NCBI GenBank assembly: GCA_963675915.1
Contig: OY780959.1
Coordinates: forward strand, 1,980,001-2,012,000
Reading direction: 5' to 3'
DNA: 32,000 nt
Source of the DNA: Coprobacillaceae bacterium
Lineage (GTDB): Bacteria; Bacillota_I; Bacilli_A; Erysipelotrichales; Coprobacillaceae
Made by a program: the position numbers and the translations under genes. Below, piece by piece: positions 17,158 through 25,938 of the stretch; position 1 is the first letter of the stretch; each line of letters begins with the position of its first letter. Under the pieces are notes generated by a model, which did no database searches, was not told the origin of the DNA, and saw only the letters and a program-made list of their open reading frames with translations.

Positions 17158-17974
17158 TGAAAACAAACTTCTCCATCATTTCAACAAAACCACCTTCATC
17201 ATAGCGTTTTTTGGTGACATAGTCTCCATGGCAAGCCAGTTCCGGCGGAGTATTGGCCATATATACACCAGTTCCAGCGGCTTTGATCATTTCAACATCA
17301 TTATAATTATCCCCAACCCCCAGGGTATCCTCAATATCAACATTCAAGATTCGGCATAATTCACGGATCGCTGCTCCCTTGTTGATTCCGTAATCGTTGA
17401 ATTCAGCATATCGCGATGATGAGAAAGTAAGTGTGACTTCGTTCAGGAATTCATCAGTCAAGAATGAAATAGCGTAGTCAAGAACTTCCTTGTCTTCATT
17501 CACATACAAAATTTTGGCAATCAGTTCATCCTTGAGAAAATCAATGTTTGTATCAGTATCCTCCATGATAATCAATGGAGCTTTTTGATCCTTTTTGCGA
17601 ATCAGTTCGCTTTCAAGCGTATTCCACATATAAACTTTGTCGAGGGTAAAGATCAAAACACATAAATTGTTTCTTATCCCATTTTCAAAAACCGGTTTAA
17701 CCAGATTGAAATCCATTCGTTTAAAATCAATGATTTCCTCTTTCCCGAGTTCCATGATCAAGCCCCCATTGAAACAAATGGCATACTCTCCGTCTTTACC
17801 GCTAATTCCCATTTCCTTGGTGATATCAGTGACTATGTTGTAAGGGCGTCCTGTACAAGGAACGACTTTGACCCCTTTTTCCTGCGCTCTTTTGATTATT
17901 TCACGATTCTCTTCTGGCACATGATGATCAACCAACAACGTCTCATCAAGATCAGTAAATATTATCTTCTTCAT
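17150..17974 (-). CDS. Cof-type HAD-IIB family hydrolase, 274 aa
   Basis: Motif I is FTDLDETLL and motif IV is VGDNYNDVEM. An RBS GGAGGAAAG is present. Confidence 0.85.
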   Translation of the reverse strand: MKKIIFTDLDETLLVDHHVPEENREIIKRAQEKGVKVVPCTGRPYNIVTDITKEMGISGKDGEYAICFNGGLIMELGKEEIIDFKRMDFNLVKPVFENGIRNNLCVLIFTLDKVYMWNTLESELIRKKDQKAPLIIMEDTDTNIDFLKDELIAKILYVNEDKEVLDYAISFLTDEFLNEVTLTFSSSRYAEFNDYGINKGAAIRELCRILNVDIEDTLGVGDNYNDVEMIKAAGTGVYMANTPPELACHGDYVTKKRYDEGGFVEMMEKFVFND

Positions 17975-18042
17975 AACTTTCCTCCAATTTCGATAGTATT
18001 ATATCACAATTTCATTTTAAAAATCCGACATTTATGCATTTG

Positions 18043-18069
18043 AAAAATAAAAAGCCACTAATTAGTGGC
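18043..18069 (-). terminator. Rho-independent terminator after divIC
   Basis: The palindromic hairpin GCCACUAAUUAGUGGC (18054-18069) is followed on the minus strand by UUUUUAUUUUU. Confidence 0.8.
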
Positions 18070-18087
18070 TCCCATCTCGACGGCAGA

Positions 18088-18390
18088 TTATTCGTCATCC
18101 ATATCAGGTATTATTGATACTTGTTCTCCATCTTTCAAGAACACGTAATGTTCCCGTGCATATTGAGTCAAATATGACTCATCCTGGAGATTGGCAACCT
18201 CTTCTTCCAAATCGGCTTTTTCACTCTCCAAATTATCCCTGGTAATTGTCACCGATTCCAGTTGATTATACATACCAACTGTATCCGCGATTTTTATAGC
18301 TGTGGAATATGACAAAAATCCTGCGACTACAAGACTTAACGTTGCTAAAACAATTCTAAATCCAATTTTAACCTTCCTGAATTTGGTCAT
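18088..18390 (-). CDS. divIC: Septum formation initiator (FtsB/DivIC family), 100 aa
   Basis: It has a single N-terminal TM segment (FRIVLATLSLVVAGFLSY) followed by a coiled coil (LESEKADLEEEVANLQDE). The start is the ATG at 18390. The track's GTG at 18399 is part of the SD GAGGTGA. Confidence 0.8.
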   Translation of the reverse strand: MTKFRKVKIGFRIVLATLSLVVAGFLSYSTAIKIADTVGMYNQLESVTITRDNLESEKADLEEEVANLQDESYLTQYAREHYVFLKDGEQVSIIPDMDDE

Positions 18391-18447
18391 TGTAATCACC
18401 TCATAACAAAATTATAGCACCGCAAAGTAACCTTTACAACACAAATG

Positions 18448-19320
18448 TTATTTAATTCTACTGTGTTCCCCAAAATAATTGTTATTGTATAGGTACATGA
18501 CAAAGGCCATCGCAATGATCACAAAATATCCGATCCAACTGAACATATCGCTTACCTGACCAAAAACCAGGAAACCTAGAATTGCGGTAAAAATGATGTT
18601 CGAATAATCATATACCGAAATCTCCCGGGCCGGAGCATACTTGTATGCCATGGTTATCGCAAATTGTCCAACGGTGGCAAAAAGACCGGCCAATAGCAGA
18701 CTGATAATCTGAACTTGGCTCATCGGAGTGAAATCCGCCAACATGAAAGGTAAAGTCACCAGACATGAAAACCCTGAAAAGAACGCCACGATGAATGCCG
18801 GTTTGACCCCCATCAAACCCAGTTTTCTCACCATGGTGTAGGCGAACCCAGCGCACAATCCCCCAAACAGACCAACCATCATCCCGAAATCAATTCCCTG
18901 AAGGCTCGGCTTGATTACCAGCAAGCTCCCCATAAAGGCCCCTATAACAACCAAAACCTGAAGCGGTTTTAGCCGTTCCTTGAGAATAAAAAACGAAAAT
19001 ATCAAGACAAAGAATGGCGAAAGTTTATTCAACATTGAAGCATCTGCCAGAACCAAGTGATCCACCGCATAGAAGTTGCTGACAATCCCCCCGGTACCAG
19101 CCAATGCCCGAAGAATCAAATACGGCCATGACTTGGCACTGATGTTGTTTTCCCCCGGTGTCCTTTGTAAAACTATAAATGCCACAATGAATGCAATCAG
19201 ATTCCTGAAGAAACTTTTCTGCATCGATGGCAGGTCACCCGAATAACGTACACATACATTCATCAAAGCGAACCCAAGTGCCGAAACTACAATTAATAAT
19301 ATCCCTTTTGTTTTATTCAT
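18448..19320 (-). CDS. EamA/DMT-superfamily transporter, 290 aa
   Basis: It has about 10 TM segments in two EamA-like halves. An RBS AGGAGAA is present. Confidence 0.85.
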   Translation of the reverse strand: MNKTKGILLIVVSALGFALMNVCVRYSGDLPSMQKSFFRNLIAFIVAFIVLQRTPGENNISAKSWPYLILRALAGTGGIVSNFYAVDHLVLADASMLNKLSPFFVLIFSFFILKERLKPLQVLVVIGAFMGSLLVIKPSLQGIDFGMMVGLFGGLCAGFAYTMVRKLGLMGVKPAFIVAFFSGFSCLVTLPFMLADFTPMSQVQIISLLLAGLFATVGQFAITMAYKYAPAREISVYDYSNIIFTAILGFLVFGQVSDMFSWIGYFVIIAMAFVMYLYNNNYFGEHSRIK

Positions 19321-19358
19321 TTATGTAAATTCTCCTGACATAATATAAAAGAGAAGAC

Positions 19359-19625
19359 TTAGTCCTCCCTTTCAATTCTCTGTTCATCAATTATTTCGTA
19401 AAGCAAAGTACTGTCCTGCTTTAGGACATGTTCCCTAAGCTCCTTGACTTTAACGGTGAGCATCGTTCTTCCGAACTCAATTTCAATCTCATCACCAATT
19501 TTCAAGGTAGTAGATGGTTTAGCCACTTTACCATTGACTTTGACTCTTCCACTCTCAGTGATTTCTTTGGAAAGAGTTCTTCTTTTGATAATTCTCGATA
19601 CTTTTAAGAATTTATCTAATCTCAT
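19359..19625 (-). CDS. rqcP: S4-domain RNA-binding protein RqcP/YabO (ribosome quality control), 88 aa
   Basis: MRLDKFLKVSRIIKRRTL... closely parallels B. subtilis YabO. The start overlaps the upstream pyrophosphatase stop by 1 nt. Confidence 0.85.
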   Translation of the reverse strand: MRLDKFLKVSRIIKRRTLSKEITESGRVKVNGKVAKPSTTLKIGDEIEIEFGRTMLTVKVKELREHVLKQDSTLLYEIIDEQRIERED

Positions 19626-21265
19626 TATTCAGATAACACTCCTGTCAATTGAGGCACTACTTGTTTTTTACGGGAAATAACACCCTTCAATGTAGCTTGG
19701 TTATCAGTCAATTTAATTTCAAATGCATCTTCTATCAGGCTTTTGCGCACACCGGCAGCCAGGATTTCACTGTTCCCGTTGATTACATCGGTCAACAGTA
19801 ATAATGCGAATTTCAAATTATTGGCAACACAGAATTCTTCCATATATTTAAGCATATCACCCTTATATGTCATGAATCCCTCGATATCCATTGTATTGAC
19901 TTGAGCCACTGCTACAGTATTGTCATTGACTGTGAATTTCTTCATATCCTGATTGAAGATTTCCTCAACAGTCTTTCCAGTCAGTGAGGTACCCGCTTTA
20001 AACATGTTCATTCCGAACTCATATAAATCGACTCCAGCGATTTTCGCCAGTTCTTTAGCTGTATGTTCATCAATTGGAGTACAAGTCGGAGATTTGAAAA
20101 TCAAGGTATCCGATAAAATTGCCCCCAACATCAATCCAGCAATTTCTTTAGGAATTTCAATTCCATTTTCTTGATAGATTTTATATATGATAGTATTGGT
20201 ACATCCCAAAGGTTCTCCTCTGAAGTACAGTGGTGACATTGTCTGAACATCAGCAACACGATGGTGGTCAATGATTTCCAGGATATCGGCCTCTTCCACC
20301 CCGGGAATCGATTGACCGCGTTCATTATGGTCAACCAGGATCACTTTCTTGCGCAGTCCTTTTAAAAGGGCGAATCTTGATACGGCTCCTAGACAGGTTC
20401 CGTCGAAATCAAGAACCGGATAAGCACGATAACGGGTTTCGGCCATCACTTCTTTAACGTAATCCAATGTGTCTTCAATCGAAAAAGTTTTCAGGGCTCC
20501 AGTTTGCATCACATATGAAAGCGGAATTGATTGAACAATCAAATGAGCGGTATCATATGTATTATGAGAAGTGGAGATAACCGAAATTTTCTTTTCTTTA
20601 AGTTTTTCCAACACTTTATCGGAAATTTTCAGGTTCCCAGTCAGGATGATCATCCCAATTTGCGAATCCAAAAGAGCTGCTACAGTTTCATCACGATCAC
20701 CACCGATAATCACAATATCCTTAGCTGCGATTCTTTTGCGGGCTTCTTCTTTTCTCATCGAAGCAACGTGAACCGCTCCTTCAACATATTCGTGCTCGCT
20801 GTTTAAATAAAGTATCTCCGCTTCCAGCGTGTCTACAACATTTTCCATTGGTGTACGGGCATTTTTCAAAACATCCGCATCCCATTTGTTCATAAAACCT
20901 TCAATAATGTTTGTAGTTGAAAGCAGACCCGCCAGGCTTCCGTCTTCTTTTAAAACAGGAGCTGATCTGATTCCTCGTTGTTCCAGCAAATACCAAGCTG
21001 TTTTAAGAGTTAACTCAGAAGAGAATACTGTGACTTTATCGTAGTTTAGATCCTCAACAGTCTGTTTTACTGATTTCAACAACATTGGCGCTTCCACACC
21101 GAATTCTTTTAGAATAAACTCTGTTTCTCTTGAAACATTACCTAGACGGCAAGGTATCGCATTGTATTTCCCGATTTTGTTCAAAAGATAAGAGTAGCTT
21201 ATCGCTGAACAAATACTATCACTGTCAGGATTGCGATGCCCTGATACATAAACACTTTCTTCCAT
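19625..21265 (-). CDS. ppaC: CBS/DRTGG-domain-containing family II (DHH) inorganic pyrophosphatase, 546 aa
   Basis: The DHH motifs are GHRNPDSDS, VDHNE and IIDHHR. A CBS pair plus DRTGG segment is inserted between the first DHH motif and the DHNE/DHH motifs. The C-terminus is of DHHA2 type. An RBS AAGGAGAG is present. Confidence 0.85.
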   Translation of the reverse strand: MEESVYVSGHRNPDSDSICSAISYSYLLNKIGKYNAIPCRLGNVSRETEFILKEFGVEAPMLLKSVKQTVEDLNYDKVTVFSSELTLKTAWYLLEQRGIRSAPVLKEDGSLAGLLSTTNIIEGFMNKWDADVLKNARTPMENVVDTLEAEILYLNSEHEYVEGAVHVASMRKEEARKRIAAKDIVIIGGDRDETVAALLDSQIGMIILTGNLKISDKVLEKLKEKKISVISTSHNTYDTAHLIVQSIPLSYVMQTGALKTFSIEDTLDYVKEVMAETRYRAYPVLDFDGTCLGAVSRFALLKGLRKKVILVDHNERGQSIPGVEEADILEIIDHHRVADVQTMSPLYFRGEPLGCTNTIIYKIYQENGIEIPKEIAGLMLGAILSDTLIFKSPTCTPIDEHTAKELAKIAGVDLYEFGMNMFKAGTSLTGKTVEEIFNQDMKKFTVNDNTVAVAQVNTMDIEGFMTYKGDMLKYMEEFCVANNLKFALLLLTDVINGNSEILAAGVRKSLIEDAFEIKLTDNQATLKGVISRKKQVVPQLTGVLSE

Positions 21266-21281
21266 TAATTATCTTCTCTCC

Positions 21282-21944
21282 TTAACTAGCCTTTTTCAAA
21301 TATCTGTATACTGTTGGCTCTGAAACTCCCAACCGGTTGGCAACTAAAGTAATCGCACCTTTGATTTGGAAAGTTCCGCGGTCATTAAGAAACTCAACGA
21401 CCTTGATTTTTTCATCAACTTTCAGCCTTTTGGCTGCAAAATAACCTGGTAACCCCATTTCTTCCAAACAAGTTTTCACGTATTGGTCAACCATTTGGTC
21501 CAAAGATGTCGACAAGACCTCTACCGGATTGTCGATTTTATATTCAACATCGGCATCTTCTTTGATTCCAAGCATTTTTTTCAATGTAGTATCCAAGTAT
21601 TCATAATCGGAAATATCTACATTTATACAAAGCATCCCTACGGGTTCTTTGCGTCCATCTTCTCGAACGAAATAAGAAGATGATCTCATTAATTTTCCAT
21701 CAGCACCTACAGTTTTGTAGTTGTTGACGTAATCCTGTTTTTCATATACTTTATCCTCGATATAATGTCGTGATAAATTAGACATTTTAGCTCCTACTTC
21801 ACGTTTCGAGAAATGATTATTTGAAATCGCTACGATAGCCCCGTCATTTTCAGTCAGGTCGTGTAATGCAATCTCATAGTTTTCTCCTAAAGCGTTACCT
21901 AAAAAGTCCACAATCTTAGCGTATGGTTCTAATAATCTATGCAT
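21282..21944 (-). CDS. YheO-like PAS-domain/HTH transcriptional regulator, 220 aa
   Basis: Similarity to E. coli YheO is recalled from memory (PVGMLCINVDIS vs VIGLLCINMNLD). The C-terminal HTH is ITLVANRLGVSEPTVYRYLK. The start is set at the ATG at 21944 (MHRLLEPY) behind SD GGAGG. The track's start at 21974 adds 10 aa. Confidence 0.8.
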   Translation of the reverse strand: MHRLLEPYAKIVDFLGNALGENYEIALHDLTENDGAIVAISNNHFSKREVGAKMSNLSRHYIEDKVYEKQDYVNNYKTVGADGKLMRSSSYFVREDGRKEPVGMLCINVDISDYEYLDTTLKKMLGIKEDADVEYKIDNPVEVLSTSLDQMVDQYVKTCLEEMGLPGYFAAKRLKVDEKIKVVEFLNDRGTFQIKGAITLVANRLGVSEPTVYRYLKKAS

Positions 21945-21964
21945 AAGTTTGCCTCCTCGAAGTG

Positions 21965-21993
21965 AGTATAACATAACCGCAAGGCAATTTCAA
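21965..21993 (-). promoter_or_regulatory. Candidate sigma-A promoter of the yheO-like gene (TTGAAA-17-TATACT with TGt extension)
   Basis: The -35 is at plus 21988-21993 and the -10 at plus 21965-21970, with TG at plus 21972-21973. Confidence 0.5.
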
Positions 21994-22096
21994 AGTTTTT
22001 TATCATGATAATAAAATCATTACCGCCGTTTCAAGGAAAATACATCCTGATAATAAATTTTCGGCATATTATTTCGAATATTCGTGATTTTTCCAT

Positions 22097-22126
22097 CAAA
22101 AAAGCGCAATTTGAAATCACGCTTTT
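22097..22126 (-). terminator. Probable terminator after nfnB (weak, bidirectional shape)
   Basis: The stem AAAAGCG/CGCUUUU has a 13-nt loop and is flanked by A and T runs. It starts 7 nt after the stop codon. Confidence 0.45.
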
Positions 22127-22132
22127 ATATCA

Positions 22133-23521
22133 TTATTTGTTTTTCAGATATTCATCCATTGCTTTGGCAGCTGTCTTACCAGCACCCATAGCCAGGATAA
22201 CAGTTGCAGCACCAGTTACTGCATCCCCACCGGCATATACACCCTCTTTAGAAGTAGCCATTGTATCCTCATCAACAATGATTCCTCCCCAAGATTCAGT
22301 ATTAAGTCCTGGAGTTGTCGATCTGATCAAAGGGTTAGGTGACTGTCCGATTGCCACGATAACACTTCCAGTTTCGATTTTGAAATTAGATCCTTCAATC
22401 GCTTTTGGACGGCGACGACCTGAAGCATCAGGTTCTCCAAGTTCCATTTCAACACATTCCAATGATTCAACCCATCCATCTTTTCCATGGACTTCAATTG
22501 GATTTGTCAATAATTTGAATTCGATTCCTTCTTCTTTGGCATGGTGTACTTCTTCTTCACGAGCCGGAACTTCTTCAGCCCCACGACGATAAACGATGTA
22601 CACATTTTTAGCACCCAATCTTTTAGCAGTACGAGCAGCATCCATAGCTACGTTACCAGCACCAACAACACAAACAGTTTCAGTAACTTTTACCGGTGTT
22701 GGAGTTGCCGGGAATTGGTATCCTTTCATCAGGTTAACCCGTGTCAGGAATTCATTGGCTGCAAACACCCCATTAAGGTTTTCACCAGGGATATTTTGGA
22801 AACGAGGTAATCCGGCACCAGATCCGACAAAAATACCTTCATATCCGTCTGCAATCAGTTCATCAACTGTAATTGAACGACCAACGATAACGTTTGTTTG
22901 GAAATCAACTCCCAATGCAGCAACATTATCAACTTCCTGTTGTACCAGACTCTTAGGCAGACGGAATTCAGGAATACCATATGACAATACTCCACCTGTT
23001 TTATGCAAGGCTTCGAAAACAGTTACCTCATAACCGTATTTTGCCATTTCACCGGCGCAAGTGATACCTGATGGACCAGATCCGACGATAGCAACTTTTT
23101 TACCGTTTTTTTCAATATTAGTTTCAATTTTGCCTTCATTTTGTAAATGATAGTCAGCAACAAATCTTTCAAGACGACCAATGGCAACAGGTTCCCCTTT
23201 AATACCACGGACACACTTGCTTTCACATTGTTTTTCTTGTGGACAAACCCGTCCAGTGATTCCTGGAAGAGCATTTTCACGGGTAATCACTTTATAAGCC
23301 TCTTCGAATTCTCCTGCTGCCACGTGAGAGATGAATTCAGGAATAGGCACCATTACCGGACATCCGTTGACACAAGGTTTATGTTTACAGTTCAGACACC
23401 GAGTCGCTTCTTCAATTGCCATTTCGGCAGTATATCCAAGAGTAACCTCTTCAAAGTTTGTTGCTCTTACTTTAGGATCCTGTTCTGGCATTGCAACTTT
23501 AGTTAATGACATATTAGGCAT
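22133..23521 (-). CDS. nfnB: NfnB/SudA/GltD-like NADPH-dependent oxidoreductase large subunit (annotated in many genomes as homotetrameric glutamate synthase), 462 aa
   Basis: Two Cys clusters are present (CLNCKHKPCVNGCP and CPQEKQCESKC). Two Rossmann motifs are present (VAIVGSGPSG and VCVVGAGNVAMD). The start is the ATG at 23521 (MPNMSLTKVAMPEQDP), which overlaps the nfnA stop as ATGCCTAA. The ORF-track start at 23587 lies inside nfnA. Confidence 0.85.
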   Translation of the reverse strand: MPNMSLTKVAMPEQDPKVRATNFEEVTLGYTAEMAIEEATRCLNCKHKPCVNGCPVMVPIPEFISHVAAGEFEEAYKVITRENALPGITGRVCPQEKQCESKCVRGIKGEPVAIGRLERFVADYHLQNEGKIETNIEKNGKKVAIVGSGPSGITCAGEMAKYGYEVTVFEALHKTGGVLSYGIPEFRLPKSLVQQEVDNVAALGVDFQTNVIVGRSITVDELIADGYEGIFVGSGAGLPRFQNIPGENLNGVFAANEFLTRVNLMKGYQFPATPTPVKVTETVCVVGAGNVAMDAARTAKRLGAKNVYIVYRRGAEEVPAREEEVHHAKEEGIEFKLLTNPIEVHGKDGWVESLECVEMELGEPDASGRRRPKAIEGSNFKIETGSVIVAIGQSPNPLIRSTTPGLNTESWGGIIVDEDTMATSKEGVYAGGDAVTGAATVILAMGAGKTAAKAMDEYLKNK

Positions 23522-24389
23522 GTTTATGATCTCCCTTTCCGCCACAGAAGCAAACATGACCGTCTTCTTCAAGTGTGACTGTAACATCTTCCTCTTTTTT
23601 ATAAGCTCTTTGACGACTCATAAGTTCATCAAAATCCACGTCAAAACCGTTAAAGTCAGGACCATCTACACAAGCGAATTTTGTTTCTCCGGCGATGGTA
23701 ACCCGGCAAGCCCCACACATTCCTGTTCCATCAACCATGATTGGATTCAATGAAACTGAAGTTGGAAGGCCAGCTGGTTTTGTTACGCCAACTACTGCTT
23801 TCATCATGATAACTGGACCGATTGCGATACACTCATCATACTTTTCACCCTTATTGATTAAATCTTGCAACACATCAGTTACAAACCCCTGAGTACCTAA
23901 TGAACCATCATTAGTAGCGATATATACATTTTCGCAGAATTCTCTGAACATGTCCGCCATCAATACGTATTGAGCTTCACGACCACCAATGATTACATCA
24001 ACTTTAGTTCCCATTGCAGCGAGTGCTTTAAGTTGAGGATAAATAGGTGCCGATCCAACCCCTCCAGCTACACCAACAACTCTTTTATTTTCGATTCCTT
24101 CCGGGAATTCAGTCGGTTTCCCTAACGGCCCAACAAAGCTTACTAGCTTATCGCCTTCTACAAATGTAGCCAACAATTGAGTAGAGCGTCCCATTTTTTG
24201 GAAAATAATTGTTATTGATTCTTTTTCGCGATCAAAATCAGCGATTGTCAAAGGAATTCTTTCTCCGTCTTCTTCGCACATCAAAATGATGAACTGCCCG
24301 GCTTCACAACTACGTGATACCATCGGAGCATGAATATCCATAAGAACAACTGCGTCATTTAATACAACCTTACGTAAAATTTTGTACAT
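23514..24389 (-). CDS. nfnA: NfnA/SudB/PyrK-like FAD + [2Fe-2S] electron-transfer subunit, 291 aa
   Basis: It has a ferredoxin-NADP reductase-like fold and the C-terminal cluster motif GTGMCGACRV...C. It is paired with the GltD-like subunit. An RBS AAGGAGA is present. Confidence 0.85.
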   Translation of the reverse strand: MYKILRKVVLNDAVVLMDIHAPMVSRSCEAGQFIILMCEEDGERIPLTIADFDREKESITIIFQKMGRSTQLLATFVEGDKLVSFVGPLGKPTEFPEGIENKRVVGVAGGVGSAPIYPQLKALAAMGTKVDVIIGGREAQYVLMADMFREFCENVYIATNDGSLGTQGFVTDVLQDLINKGEKYDECIAIGPVIMMKAVVGVTKPAGLPTSVSLNPIMVDGTGMCGACRVTIAGETKFACVDGPDFNGFDVDFDELMSRQRAYKKEEDVTVTLEEDGHVCFCGGKGDHKHA

Positions 24390-24419
24390 GTCATATCTCC
24401 TTTTAAATAAACTATTGTT

Positions 24420-24448
24420 ATTTTAGTACTATTTTTCTAGCATTACAA
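24420..24448 (-). promoter_or_regulatory. Candidate sigma-A promoter of nfnAB (TTGTAA-17-TAAAAT)
   Basis: The -35 is at plus 24443-24448 and the -10 at plus 24420-24425. It lies about 30 nt upstream of the nfnA ATG. Confidence 0.5.
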
Positions 24449-24592
24449 TATAAAATAGGCTAAATATTTATTTTTCCTAAATATTTGGCAAAACGGATGG
24501 ATTAACCACCAAAAATTGCACACATAAACCCAAATCCGTAGCCCCATCTTAACACCATCATCATATTATATCCAACTTTTCTCTTAAAATGT

Positions 24593-24647
24593 AAAAAAGG
24601 TTCCTTCTATCTTGGACTTGCCAAAATTGAAAGAACCTTTTTTTCTA
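24593..24647. terminator. Bidirectional-looking terminator after the hemolysin-III gene
   Basis: The arms AAGGUUC/GAACCUU have an inner UUGG/CCAA pairing. They are flanked by an A6 run and a T7 run. Confidence 0.5.
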
Positions 24648-24656
24648 TTTCCTTAT

Positions 24657-25304
24657 TTATAATACATAAATCAAAATGCAGATGAAATGAAGAAGCGTCC
24701 CCAATAATATGAATACGTGGAACAGTTCATGGAACCCGAAGCTGATTGTGATATTCGGTCTTTTAAGAATATACATAACTGCACCAATACTATATGAGAT
24801 TCCCCCTGCAACCAGCAACATAAATGGTACCAACGGCATTTCCATCAAAATCGGAAATTTCAAAACAATCGCCCAGCCCATTATCAGATAAATCAGGGTG
24901 TATAAAGTCCGAGGGGCGTTTAGCCAGAACATTTTCATTACGATACCGGCTATCGCGATAAACCAGATGAATCCCAAAAACAATGCCGCTTCCCTGAAAT
25001 CCATTAATTCAAAACAAAGCGGGGTATATGTCCCTGCAATCAAAACAAATATCATTGAATGGTCGAATTTGCGCAAATTATTCTTAAATCTTTTGTTGTC
25101 CAAACAATAATGATAAATACTGCTTGCGCTATATAAAGCGATTGCCGAGAGACTAAACACAATCGAGGAAACTATTTCCAGCGCATTGTCCTGCATCGCC
25201 ACACCTCTAATCATTGTAATAACTAACGCCCCGATCGATGCAATCGCTCCCCAAAAATGAGTCTCGCTGCTGACTGGGTCCTGTGCTTTTTTAAAGAATG
25301 CCAT
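24657..25304 (-). CDS. Hemolysin-III/PAQR family membrane protein, 215 aa
   Basis: It has seven TM segments. Conserved His motifs are present (SSIYHY, FDHSMIF, FHELFHVF). An RBS AAGGAGG is present. Confidence 0.9.
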   Translation of the reverse strand: MAFFKKAQDPVSSETHFWGAIASIGALVITMIRGVAMQDNALEIVSSIVFSLSAIALYSASSIYHYCLDNKRFKNNLRKFDHSMIFVLIAGTYTPLCFELMDFREAALFLGFIWFIAIAGIVMKMFWLNAPRTLYTLIYLIMGWAIVLKFPILMEMPLVPFMLLVAGGISYSIGAVMYILKRPNITISFGFHELFHVFILLGTLLHFICILIYVL

Positions 25305-25359
25305 TGTATACCTCCTTATGTAGTATCCTATACTATGTATGCTTATATTATATACCTCG

Positions 25360-25388
25360 TTGTGTTTTTGTCAACTATAAGATATAAT
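25360..25388 (+). promoter_or_regulatory. Candidate sigma-A promoter for DUF1836-RpiR (TTGTGT-17-TATAAT)
   Basis: The -35 is at 25360-25365 and the -10 at 25383-25388. It lies about 28 nt upstream of the ATG at 25416. Confidence 0.45.
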
Positions 25389-25415
25389 TTATAAAACAGT
25401 TATAAGAGGTGTACT

Positions 25416-25904
25416 ATGAAAAGTGAAAAAATAATAGAGAGTTGTCTGCTCAAGCCTGAATTGGGACCGGATGAGATCCCGGATATCGATCTTTACATGG
25501 ATCAGATCCTTTCGCTGGTCAATTCAAAACTTGCGCCGGATGACGAAAATGTAATTACCAAAACAATGATCAACAATTACTCCAAAGCCAAGGTGATCCA
25601 ACCAGTCAAAGGAAAGAAATACACCAAGCAGCAGATTCTCCAAATGCTGCTGGTATACGATTTGAAAAACAACCTGGCCATCAAGGATATCAAAGAGACG
25701 CTTGATCCCATCTATGAAAACGAATCGGATCTGATAGAAATATATCGGGAGTTCATCGAATCCAAAGCGGAACTGGCCGAAGATGCCAGTAGGCTGCTCA
25801 ATAGTATCGTTGACACATCCACATTGGAAAATAAACTGATTAGTCTGTTACGGCTAAGTTATCTTGCCGATTCAATCAAACAGATAATGGGGAGCATCAA
25901 ATGA
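25416..25904 (+). CDS. Conserved hypothetical protein, DUF1836-like, 162 aa
   Basis: The RBS AGAGGTG is good. DLYMDQILSL and TKTMINNYSK resemble my memory of DUF1836 family proteins. The family assignment is unverified. Confidence 0.6.
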   Translation: MKSEKIIESCLLKPELGPDEIPDIDLYMDQILSLVNSKLAPDDENVITKTMINNYSKAKVIQPVKGKKYTKQQILQMLLVYDLKNNLAIKDIKETLDPIYENESDLIEIYREFIESKAELAEDASRLLNSIVDTSTLENKLISLLRLSYLADSIKQIMGSIK

Positions 25905-25938
25905 TCTCAATGACTATACACAAAGCGAGGTGGCAGCA

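Noticed and set aside
22005-22592. A 195-aa plus-strand ORF, plus further plus-strand ORFs through 23753.
   Set aside because: They are antisense shadow frames of the nfnB/nfnA genes. They have Ser/Pro/Ala-rich low-complexity translations and no RBS.
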